Assembly: GCA_001642005.1 (NCBI GenBank)
Contig: LWCA01000153.1
Span: 1 to 47,325, forward strand
Direction of reading: 5' to 3'
DNA: 47,325 nucleotides
Origin: Intoshia linei
Lineage: Eukaryota > Animalia > Orthonectida
Part shown: positions 11,711-24,000 of the stretch, one piece after another
Position numbering within the stretch: the first letter of the stretch is position 1
Layout: every line of letters starts with the position of its first letter
The notes under the pieces: model-generated
The model's database searches: none
Seen by the model: the letters and a program-made list of their open reading frames with translations, nothing else
Told to the model about the DNA's origin: nothing
Translations under genes and position numbers: made by a program

Positions 11711-12065
11711 ATTAGTATTATTTTTATATTTATTACAATTTTGCAATATTGGTAAAATTCGACTGAAATATGTTTATAAAGTGAAGATTTGGTTAATTAT
11801 TGCTACATAATTGGTATCTTTAAGTATTTATTAAATTGGTACTGAATATATTATCATCACATTGAAATGACAAAATAGGTTTTTATAATTTTATTTTCTC
11901 TGGAATTTATGCTATTTATGACAATTTTTAGGATTGGATTGTTTCTACTTAATTTGTAATACTATACACACATTCTGTCTAATAAATTAAAAAAATGGAA
12001 TAATTGTTTTTAAAATTCTTTACGATTTGAAAGGAGTATTTTAAAAGATTGATAATAGTGAATTG
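11711..12065 (+). mobile_element. Helitron-like family internal fragment
   Basis: Reverse complement of blocks in the 4533-5530 copy (TGACAAAATAGGT...TGGAATTTATGCTATTTATGACAATTTTTAGG). Confidence 0.7.
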
Positions 12066-13730
12066 GTATCATCATTTTATAGAATTTAAAAAAGTTGGAA
12101 AATTTTAAAAAAACGCACAAAAAATAGTGTCATAAGGTTTATGTAACTGGAACAATTTCTATGATATCTTGACTCGATGAAATAAATACAAATCAATTTA
12201 AAAAATTTATACATTTGGAGAATGAAAAGTATGAGACTCAAATGTAGGATCAGATCGATAATCTAATCAGTTATAAAATAGAACTGCGTACTTTTCATTG
12301 GCACACTTTATACTAAAAACTTTTAGTATCATGTACATTTTATTAAATTGAATAAAACTTAAAAAGTATAAAAAACGAGTGCATTCAAGTCAATACATTG
12401 TATTTACAGTGTGCAATGCACACATAGTTTAGTATCCAAAGTAATGTCACGATTTATACTTAAAATTATTTGAAACCAAGCAACTTATGTTGACACAAAA
12501 GCAGATTAGAATATCATTTCCTTGATTGTTAGATTGTGAAAGTTTCATTTTTGAAATTGTAAATGTTGAATCTTACTTACAAGAGATTCTATTTACAAAT
12601 AGCCTGCAATGTTTATAGCAGGTGTGTTGAGTATGGAATTTAATGTAAAGGTTTATCAAATTGACAAAATGTAAATGATGTCGCTTTATATTTTTTATGG
12701 TGATATTTAGATAGACAACCAAAAGAAAATTGGAATTGAAGTCGATGATTCCGATCAAAATGGACAAGTGAAACTGCCTAGGACAACTGATGTCGGTATA
12801 TAAAATGTGTAGCATTTTGAGTATCAAATATTTTTAAAACAATTACTAATGAAACATCAAATTGCCAATCTGAAACCATTATTTATCTATCTTTATTTTA
12901 ACTGTCTGCACGTTTTTATCAATACATAAAGTGTACGTATGTTATTTACCCTAAACATTGATACATTTGTTTAATGTTCTCATTTCATACATTGGTTATA
13001 CTGGTTATTGACTTATCGTTATTTATTGGTTTTATAGGTTTGGATGAAAAAGAATAATGAAAATGACGTGATTATATCAAAATTTTAATGAACTGTATAA
13101 CCTATTTTTGAGGATTTTTTTTTTTGGTATATGGATTATATAAACTAGTTTCATGGTATATTGGACATGACTGAGAATCTGCTTCAATTGCTTTTATTTG
13201 CTAAAGAAATTAATACAACGTATGTCATATCTGTAAATTTTTTATAGAAGGAATATAAAGTTGAAATAAATGATTAATTATCTGGATTAGTGCACGGTCT
13301 ATAATTTAATATATTTTTTCTATTTAGTTGAACTCATTTGTGTATTTTGTAAGTTATATAATTGTTAATACTCTAAAAAAAATTTTTCATTTGATAGAAG
13401 TGAATAAGCACTATGGTTTACAATTGCAAGGTAAATTAAATGTAATTTCTAATTTAAAAAAAATATTCCTCTAATTATTTTTCGAATTTGCGTCGTATGG
13501 AAATGCCAATGGAAAATTGTTTCGAATAATCTTTGGATCGTTATAATTGTTATTTTGGTTATTTTTTAACTTAGCGCAAATGAACTGCATAGCGGATATT
13601 TGAAAATCAGGCTTATTGGTATTTTTGATGTAATTTCGTTACTTTGTGTGTGATGTGGTATATCATTTTATTTTACGTTTATTTGAAGCTACGCTGTGGT
13701 ACATTATGCCGATTGTGAAATTAAAGAATG

Positions 13731-14332
13731 AAAAGTCAAAATTTCGACTGATTCTGTAATGTTTGCTAATAATTAATATTAGATGTGATTATTATATCAA
13801 TGTTTTATATATTTCAAAAAATTAAGTTACTGTCACGATTAAAGGTCTGCATTTAAATTTTAATATTTACTTTTGAAAATTTATCAAAGATAGTGTTTTA
13901 TTTATCCTATTAATGTCTAGAATTATTTTTGTTTATATTAATCTGCCAATTCAAATTTAAACGAAAATCTTGATTCACTTCACGTATGATCATATTTTAC
14001 ATTATATCCTAGTTTCAATGAATTTTAAAAAGTCAAAATTTCGATTCAATTTGTAATTTTTACTAATAATTAATATTAGATGTGATTATATCAATTATTT
14101 ATTTATTTCAAAAAATTCCATTACTGTCACGATTAAAGGTCTGCATTTAAATCTTAATATTTACTATTGAAAAATTATTAAAGATAGTGTTTTATTTATC
14201 CTATCAATGTCTAGAATTATTTTTGTTTATATTAATCTGCAAATTCAAATTTAAACGAAAATCTTGATTCACTTCACGTATGATCATATTTTACATTATA
14301 TTCTAGTTGCATTGAATTTTAAAAAGTCAAAA
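13731..14332. repeat. Direct tandem duplication, 2 units of ~295 bp
   Basis: Units start AAAAGTCAAAA at 13731 and 14028, with a third boundary at 14322. Long identical stretches such as CAAATTTAAACGAAAATCTTGATTCACTTCACGTATGATCATATTTTACATTATA. Confidence 0.92.
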
Positions 14333-17177
14333 ATTGATTAAATGTATGGATATTTTTATTTTGAATGATATGTAGAGTCTAAATCAAGAATGAAATTTCG
14401 ATAAAATCTCATTTGTATTAATATAAATATAATTTTACGTAGAATAACATCAATGAACACGAATTGCTAAACTATTTATTGTTAATTTTTTGAAAGTGTA
14501 TGGTTGTAGTCTAATTTTATTTTATTTGCAATGTTTTGATCACCAGCGGAAATGTTACATGGTCAGTTTGTTTAGAATTCTATTTTTATGGAGGAAGGTT
14601 CTAATTTAATCTACAAAATTGCAAGAATGTATAATGTGTTAATTGTTTTTTTCAGTATTATCAAGTTTTTGGATGCTTTCGAATTAGTGTAAGCTGTCTA
14701 TTAATATTTTTACATTAGAAGAATTAATTGGAAATTGTACAGTTGACGGATGATAAAGAACGTAATAATGATTCCACTAACCCTGGGAGCAACGACAATC
14801 CCATGGGTCTTTGTTAATTTTTTTTTATAGGCGGAAATTTAATACTTATTGCCTTTATCATGTCAAACAAAAGTAAGTTGTGTATATTTAAATTTCAATG
14901 GATTAATTGATAACAATTTTAATTTGAAGGATTATTTACCTACCAATTTATGCAATTTTGATGTATTGTTTAATGAGAAATTAATTTTTCTAACATTGTG
15001 GATGCGTATTTTTAACGATTGGTATTTGATTTATATCGGAAAATAATGGTTTAAGCAAAGTTAAAAGTTGTCCCTAATTAAACGCAAATATTCAAAATAA
15101 AGTAAAAGGTTGCATTCAATATCGAGAAATTATTCCTAACCACTGTCGTAAGAAATGGTCAACTGAAACTGAATAAATGTTAATTTTTAACAACATTTGG
15201 GAATAACGATTTTAATGAAACTATAAAACTTGTATTCATTTCTATTTATCAATCTCAAGAAATTTATTTTGTCAATTTGTTTGAATCTTATAATATGGTT
15301 TTTTGAATTAACAATATGAAAAATTGGAGGCTTTGGAAAATTTGGCATCTTTGGACGATTTATATTTACTAACTATATTCAGATGATAGTTATAACAAGA
15401 AAAACGAAATAAAGTCCAGTAAATTTAATTCAATCTTTTTGGGGCATTAACAACATCAACTATTTTATATATGTAAATTATTGATAACTAATTCACAAAC
15501 TGCTAGCTAGTTATATTGAAATAATAAATGATGACGATAGAAATTAAATGTTTATCAAAGGCATCTTTCAGTTAAGGTTGGATTTTTTTTATATTTCTGG
15601 CAACAATCGAATTTTCTACATAAAACAAGTATTATTGTAATTCCTTAAATAGAATGCATTTATCACATCTCATCTAAATGAATAATTTAAAGAATCTATT
15701 TTTACATTTCTTAATTTGAAGATTTAATATTTTTGTTTGATATAATGGGTATTCGACTTTATTTCCAAATTGGCACTGACAAAAAATTATCATGGAGTAT
15801 ATTATCAATTTTCGAAAATTTGGAGGTTTGAAGGCCAGAATTTCATCAAAGTTTCACTAAATTGATTGGTTAATTGATTACAATTATACATATTATATAT
15901 TGATGCTTTTTTAGGAAAATCTTTGAAATTCGAGTATATTATTTTAACAGGTTGTAAAATAACAAATTGACAGTTTTGTACATCAATTAGACATTTTTAT
16001 AATCTACCATTTTAACGTAGCCTTGTAAATGGTTAATGCGTTGACGCGATTCTTCAAGGATTTGTAGCTCAATTTCTAGCAATAGTAATATTTGATACAC
16101 TTTTTTTACAGTTGGATAAAATTACAAACTAAAGAGTATTTATGAATAATTACAAATATCAAGTTTTTCTCATTTTGTAGCCATTCTCATGCAATGCAAA
16201 TGCAAGTATGAATGTTAATATTATATCTAGCGTAATTTACAAGCCAGTATTGATATATTTTATGTAACATTGAAAGTAATTTTTTATTTACTAACATTTT
16301 CATCTCAGGTGATTTTTATTATTTTTGGATTTCAATTGAATGAATAGGAAGATTAGTAAATTAATATTACAAGGATTAATTATCAATAATAAATACAATA
16401 TCAATTAAAATTTTTCACCGGTAATGTGGAATATCAAATTGTTCAAGTACAGTATATTATTGATTATTTTATATGCTCAAAATATTTTCATAAACGTATT
16501 AATGGTATATTCTATATAATGTTGGATAAAGATAATTTTTATAAATTTCGTGAATTGATTCGTATTAAAAGTGAATTTATAGAACAGTGATGACGTTATT
16601 AATTTTTATTTATGTAAAATGTATTTGGTGTATTTTATTTTTATTATTAGGTTACGTATTGTTTTTGTTTATTAAAAAGCGTCATTAATTTATAATTAGT
16701 AAATTTCACGTTATCTAATATCTATCATTATCGGCCTCGTTGTGTTAATATTTTATAATAGATCGTAACATTTTTCATTTTAAAGGGTTTATTAATTTTA
16801 CACTGTATATTGGATTTTTTTAGTTTTCATTATATTTTAAAAATGTTATGGAAAGCGTGGGAATGTTTATTAGTATTGTTTTTATTCAGTTATTAATATA
16901 AGGGTTGAGATTGTTTAGGTTTTGATGAAGTGTTATTCAAATAATTGGATGAAGATTAACGGTGAAGAGAACGTGGATGCAGAATATTGAGGTATTTTAA
17001 TGAATATAACCAATGTTTGAAATGCTGAGGCTTTACTTTTAAGTTGTATGGTTAAAATGCTACACATGTACATTTATAATATGTATTTAATATTTATAAA
17101 TTATAATGTATTGGTTTCTGATTATTCATACTTGGTGATATCCTGGAGATTGGAAACTAATGTTTTAGGTTTTGACA

Positions 17178-17844
17178 ATGTTGAACAAGACGAATATAGA
17201 CGATGTGCTTAAGTCAATTGAGTCGGAGATTCCATCTATCGAACTGGATGATTCAGTATTTTATAGTTTAAAAATTTTTTAAATGGAATGTATTTAGGAC
17301 GTTGAATTAAAAGATGAAGATTTGAATTTTGGTCGTTTTGATATTCCTGATTCTTTAAAGTTGCGTGGAATTGATAATATCAGCGAAGGTTTTTTTTTTA
17401 TAATTTATAATTTTTGTAGGTGAATTGAATAAGACAATTTCCTATTTTGATGGAATACCTATTAAGCCAAAACGAAAAATTAATTTCAATTCTTTTAAAG
17501 GTAATTTTTATTTTAACTTTAACAATTTTTTTTCAGAAAAAATGTTGTTGGATTCTAAACAAAAAAATTCATTGTTTATGGAAAAATTACTGAAGGAACC
17601 TGTTTGTGTTGCTGAAATTAAAAAGAAATCACCCAAAGTTAAATTATCCAAGAAAAATTTGAAAATGCCGGAACGTTATTCCCGTTTCAATAAAGATGAG
17701 TTTATATTTATATTTTTTAATTATAATTATGAATGTTTATTAAATCTTTATTTTAGTGAAAAATTGAGTGACTTGGACGAATCTGAAGTTTTGAACGATT
17801 GGACCTCTAAAAGAAAAAATATTAAAAATAATGTTATTAATTAG
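17178..17844 (+). CDS. Hypothetical protein, 5 exons, no recognised family
   Basis: Exons 17178-17255, 17298-17388, 17420-17500, 17537-17699, 17757-17844 are joined by GT-AG introns of 42, 31, 36 and 57 nt, all phase-compatible: MLNKTNIDDVLKSIESEIPSIELDDSDVELKDEDLNFG...WTSKRKNIKNNVIN*. Confidence 0.7.
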
Positions 17845-18088
17845 TATTTAATAAATATTTATTTTTATTTGTTTTGTACTTATTATATCTTTCAAATGTC
17901 AAACTTGATTACTTAACTGTTAAAATATGTATATTTGTCAAGTCAGTGATCATATTTGTAATGTTTGGACAATTTCTACGAGAATTAATAGAGATTAATA
18001 ATAGAAACTAATATGAAGCATAAAATGAACACGATTCAAAGTCTCAACAGTTTCTATAGTTGAATAATTTTTATAAAATTTGAAAAAA

Positions 18089-21000
18089 ATGTTGACTTTT
18101 TTAAAATACATTATACTTTTTATTTATGCGATATCTGCAGTATTCATACTACTGAACGGATTTACAATTTTCCAAAGCACAGTTGATAAAATTGAATACT
18201 TCGATAGACTTGCAATTGACTTATCACCACAATTTGGAAAAGTAGTCTTCATTTTAATAGACGGTCTAGCGTACCGATTTATGGAAAATAAAACCAAAAC
18301 TTTACCCTTCATGTTTGAACTGGAAAATAATAACATTGGTGTATTATTTAATACTCTATACTACCCTCCGACATATACTTATGCTGGAATAAAAGTAAGT
18401 TCAATAATTGTAAAAGTAAAATTACTTGCAGAGTTTTATGACTGGAACATTGCCTTCAATTGACGATTTATTGCGAAATACCGGTATAATAGATATGGAA
18501 ATGCCTCAAAACATATTATCAATGTATAAAAAACTATTTTCAAAGTTTGTCTTGTTTGGGAACCAAGATTGGATTAAATATTTTCCAAATTTATTTAAAT
18601 ATACACAATTTTCCGATTACTATGATGTCAAAAACTACAAAATGGTAAATTATGTAAACTAACATTTCTTTATACCATTGCAGGTTGATGATGCCATGAT
18701 GGAGGATATTTTTAATACATCCAAAACCGATGAATGGCAAGTCATGTGTATTCACTTTTGTGGACTGGATCATATTGGTCATGGATATGGAGGAAATGTT
18801 GAAATGATTGATGAAAAATTGAAAGAAATGGATCAGTTTTTTAAACAATTATGGAATATTATTCATTCAAATGTATAATTATAATTTATACATATTTTAA
18901 TTAATTTTTATATTAGACTGAAAGTGACAAACCACCATTGTTTGTTGTTTTTGGGGACCACGGAATGAGTAAAACAGGATCGCATGGTGCAAATTCTTTG
19001 TATGAGATTGAAGCAGCAACGTACATTTTTAGCAAGGCCTTTTCAACGAGAGGGGTAGTTGTAATTATTTTTAAAGGATTAATTGACCAATTTAGTCGTT
19101 GAATCATCATTTACCTCTTAGAGTTAAGTCTGTAGATTTAACTTCATTTATGTCAATGATGGGAACAGGTCAAATTCAACCTTTTAACTCGTTCGGCTTA
19201 ATACCCGAAATTTTTGAAAAAATTTCTAAACCTGTAGATTGGTTTAAATATGTAGGGTTAAATTGTATGGTCATTTTTCAACATTTTCAGCGGTTTTTTT
19301 CAAAGAATGGTATTTTATATCAAAAATACGTTTAAATTATACTTTAGACATGTTTATAACAAATGTTAGGGAGGATTTAAAAAGTTGGAAATCTGAAATG
19401 AAATTAATATCCAAAAATCCAAACAAAACCATCGACAAAAAACTTGTACAGAGGATATACCATCGTTCTAAAACTATGCAAGAATTTCTTTTAGAAACTT
19501 TTATTGGATACAGTTATTTTTACATGATATTTTCAGTTGTTGTTATTTTAATGGTAATATATCAGTTGTTTATAAGTTTCCATATTCAACTGATGTGTAA
19601 ATAAAATCTTGAGTTCACCCGGAAATAGACACAGCGTGGTAAGGGGCGCGAGATGTGACCAAAATCGTAAAATTGTAGTTAATTTTTATATTATTCATAC
19701 TGTTCACAAGTAGCTATAGCCAGTACGGGTCGAGTTAAAAATTTAAAATTTAATGATTTACTTAAATGTGATCTTTAAATTTTAAATTAAACCAAAAGAT
19801 TTTGCACTTGTTAATTTTTTTATCTTACATTTTATATTTTTTCCCTTGACAGTGAAAATAACGGAAACCCTTCATCATAATCAGTATATGAACAGTGTTC
19901 ATTGAACACTAACAAGATAGATAATAGATTTTTCACCTACTCTTTACAACAGTATTTCCCGATTGGAGGTCCATGGACCATTGTGGCCCAAAACTAGATA
20001 CCTGAAGGTCAGGTCACTGGGATTCAAGTAAAATATAAAAAACAGTTTATCAAATTTTTTTTATTTCTACAGGAGAATTTTTAATATCTATTACAGATGC
20101 CAGTTGTTTGGAATTTACTCCCAAGTCTAGAAGACCGCTACATTATTATTGCAAAAACCCGACTTTTATCCCAAATTAATAACATTTAATAAAAAATACC
20201 ATTTCAAAGCTTTTTTTTTATACTAAAGTTTTTAAATTTTCAATAAAACTCCAATTTTAACAACCCTTAAGAAAAAATCCCCTTTTTTCAATATTTTGTT
20301 GAAAACACCATTTTACCAAAATGTTACAAGCAACAACTTCCTAATCCAAAACCCAAAATTAAAAAGTCTAATTTAACTATCTCTTAATGGAAAAATCACT
20401 CTTTTCCAATATTTTTTTGAAAAATCCGATTTTCGATTTCGAATGGAAAATTCTTTTTTTCCAATATTTTTTAGAAAAACTCTATTTTACCAAATATGAG
20501 AAAAAACCTTTAATTTTTTCATAAACGTTTTATATTTTATGTTTCCTTTGGTGTTTAAAAAAATAAATATTTTGAAATACGGACTCCGTACCCTATTTGA
20601 ATCAGGAACCTCTGCTTTATAGGTAATAATTATATTTAGATAATGTACATAATTGTGTGTGATTTTTCTGATTTCATGTCAGATAATATTATTGATGTAT
20701 CAAGTGAATTATCATCATTAAAAGACAAATTTAGCTTGAAATTTTACCTATTTATGGTTATGCAACTTTGTGGAATATTATATGCTAATATAAAGTTTTG
20801 TCTCATTTTAATATCAATTTTTCCATTAATTTTAATGTTAAAATTCTCAAATTGGATAAAACTAGATTTTATTTTATATCATAATAGCGTTAAAAGTATA
20901 ATCATCTCATTCATTTGGAAAATTGATATTTACACTACTTTTTCTTTTCTGACGTTGTCTGTTATACTCATATTTCACGGAATAAAAATGTTTGGATCAA

Positions 21001-24000
21001 GTTTAATTGAACAGGAAAGTTTGTATATTTTTTATACACTTCAGATAATTATCCTATTATTTTATCTATATCGAATCAAATTAAAGTTACCATTACCTTT
21101 ATATTATGTATCAACATTTATCTTGGTTCGATTGATTCGAGATTGGAATCCTGCTTGCGATAGATGTCATGATATGTTGAATTTTCACAATTATCTATTT
21201 ATAAAGTAAATTTTTAAGTTAAATTTACAACCCAAACTACGGTACACCAAACTGTCCACAATGTTTACTTATTAAAAAATGTACATTTAATTTTAATGAT
21301 TTAGCGGTCCCCACAAATTACCGTGGACCGGTAATTTTACATTCAATTTATAATTAGTTGTACATTTTAGACGGTTAATGGTCCTCATTTATTTGAAATT
21401 TAATTTAAGAGTTGATATAGTTACATACATGTCATTTAGTTTCTTTAGACAGATTGGCAACCCTACAAGGAATAATTATTTTCATAGGCTAAATATTTGT
21501 ACGTTTTGTATAATTTCCCAAAGTTGCCGAGACGTAGTTTTCAATTTCGATAATTTACTTGCTTTTTGAGCATCAAATGGTTAGTTAAAGGTTATCGTTT
21601 TTCTTATTTATGTAATTATGTCAAGTTATAACATTGGCGAACCAGGGAGAATATTGTAATTTTATTTTATGTTAATACTACTATCTAGTAATTATCCACA
21701 CATTATGTATTGGATGATAAATCTTGGCTTATTTGGAGTATACATTTTTGTATATTTTATGTCTTTACGTATAAAAGAAAAAAAAAAATTTCTTCAAACC
21801 ATTGTTTCAATGTTTATTTTAATTTTATTCATTTTCTACAATCAGAATACCAAACTATTTATGTACAATAATTCACAGGATGGGTAATTTTTAATTTACC
21901 TTTTTTCATTTTTTAAATTATAAATGTATTGATATGTCGCATAGAATGTGTACAACTATGAAATGTACATATTTCACAGGCAAGTCGTAGAATGTGTAAA
22001 ATTTATATTTTTATTTCAGTTTAATTTTTTTTGAACCAAACTATTTAAGGGTTTTTAGGAATTTTTTTTTTGAATCAAACTTTATGGGGGTTTTTAGGAA
22101 ATTTTATTAAACAGAACTTTAAGGGTTGTTTATTTAGAAATTTTTTTGACCCAAATTTGAAGGGGGGTTTTTGGAAAATATTTTTTGAACCAAACTTAAA
22201 GACAACATTACAGTTTAGTTAAAAAAATCTTAAAAACACCATTGAAAGTATGGTTCAAAAAAATGTCTAAAAAAAACACGATAAAGTTTTGTTCAAAAAA
22301 AATCGAAAACCCAAAATTATACTAAAATATAAATGAAAATTTTACACATTCTACGACTAACCAAAGACTACTGTATACTAGGACGGAATACGAGATATTC
22401 TAGTAAAAAGATTGTAGGCGAGATTTTTTTTTGCTCTAAGATTATTAGGCAGGTGAAAGACTTGACAAAAAAATTATTTTAGGATATTAGAAGGGTTATT
22501 AATTAATCAAATTGAAAAAAATTTGATATTTTCAACATCAATATTTTTAATTGTTAAGGGTTGGAATTTGGCGAAACAACTGACATTGAGACTTAAACTA
22601 TCCGTTATGATGCTAATGACCTTTCCACCGTTATTGTGAATCATATTGAGAACTTCAAGTATTATTTTATATTGTAAATTGGCACTATTGCAGTACACGG
22701 GAACGATAAAAGCCGGACCCCATTAAAAGTCTAACCATTACAGATAATATTGTCCTAGCCAATTTTTGAGGGTTATCATAAGCTTGGCCAATAATATGAC
22801 CTCCCCTAAACCGCAATGATGCTTTAACGTACATTTCGTTAATCAGTAAAACACAATACTTTTGTAGTGAAGCTAATTCTTTAAAAACGGAGGAAATAAA
22901 ATGATTCGATTCATTATTCGAACCTATTGAATGTAAATGTTTAAAAGATTTTGTTATTGTTTTTGGATGGGGTAGAGAAAGTAGTTTACGGACTTCTTGA
23001 TAAGCACTGTTCCCATGCAGAAAAAAATTTATTGCAATAGAAAGTATACTAGCACTGTATCTACGATTGGTTGGATATATCAAAATGAAATTTTTAGCTG
23101 TTCAATGAGAAAAACCATTTTTTTATTGTCAGAATCATCCATTTCTTCTATAATTTTAGAAATTATCTTTTCAAATGCTCTCACTTCAGTAATGTAATCT
23201 AGTTTTGAAGTTGAACAAAAGTGTAACACTGCATCTAGTTGACTCCATTTATTCATTTTCATTAGATGGAAATCCATGTTTTTACCTTCTCAGATCCTTC
23301 ATCATAATTGGTACGGCAATTTGCTGAGGAACATTTTCGTGGCATAATAAGTAGAAAATAGTTGAAAAAAGATTAAATGTTATTTAAATGTTAAACGCGG
23401 TATTGTTATTTATTAGCTCGTTTCATAATTAATGTCGTTTTTATTGTAACTTTATTATAAATCACTACATCTTTACGAATATTTACGAATATTTACTGTA
23501 AGCGCGTTATTTTTTTATTTTTACGAAATATGGACAAGTGTGTATTCGATAAATTAATTTCAAATTTAATTAATTAAAGAGTAATTTCTGATGATAAACA
23601 TATTATTATATATCTTAGAGCAAAAGTAAAATCCCGCCTACAATCTTTTTACTAGAATGTCTCGTATTCCGTCCTGGTTTAGGCTGTCCTTGGACTAACC
23701 CATAGAATGTTTAAATTTCACAGTTTTACACATTCTATACGACATATATTTTTAGTTTTAATGTTCAAAATGTTGAAAAAATAATATTTTGCTGCACTAT
23801 TGTATTGATGATTATTTTAAAAAAATATCATGAAATATCCATATTCATGTTAATGTTAATATTCTCGGACTTGCATAATATTCCTGTTTATATTGCATTA
23901 ATAATTGTCCTAAAGACTACGCAAGCATATTTATATCTCGAAAAACCAGATAAACTTTGTATTATTCAAATTACAATGATGTATCAATTGATGGCATATC

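Noticed and set aside
13520-13545. SLDRY resembling a GPCR DRY motif
   Set aside because: Immediately preceded by a stop and no surrounding rhodopsin-family motifs.
16017-16090. Second tRNA/SINE-like head (also ~25590-25645)
   Set aside because: Only one degenerate box each and no foldable cloverleaf.
22020-22320. Short repeats with spacers, superficially CRISPR-like
   Set aside because: Degenerate AT-rich subrepeats inside a eukaryotic MITE, with no unique spacers and no cas genes.
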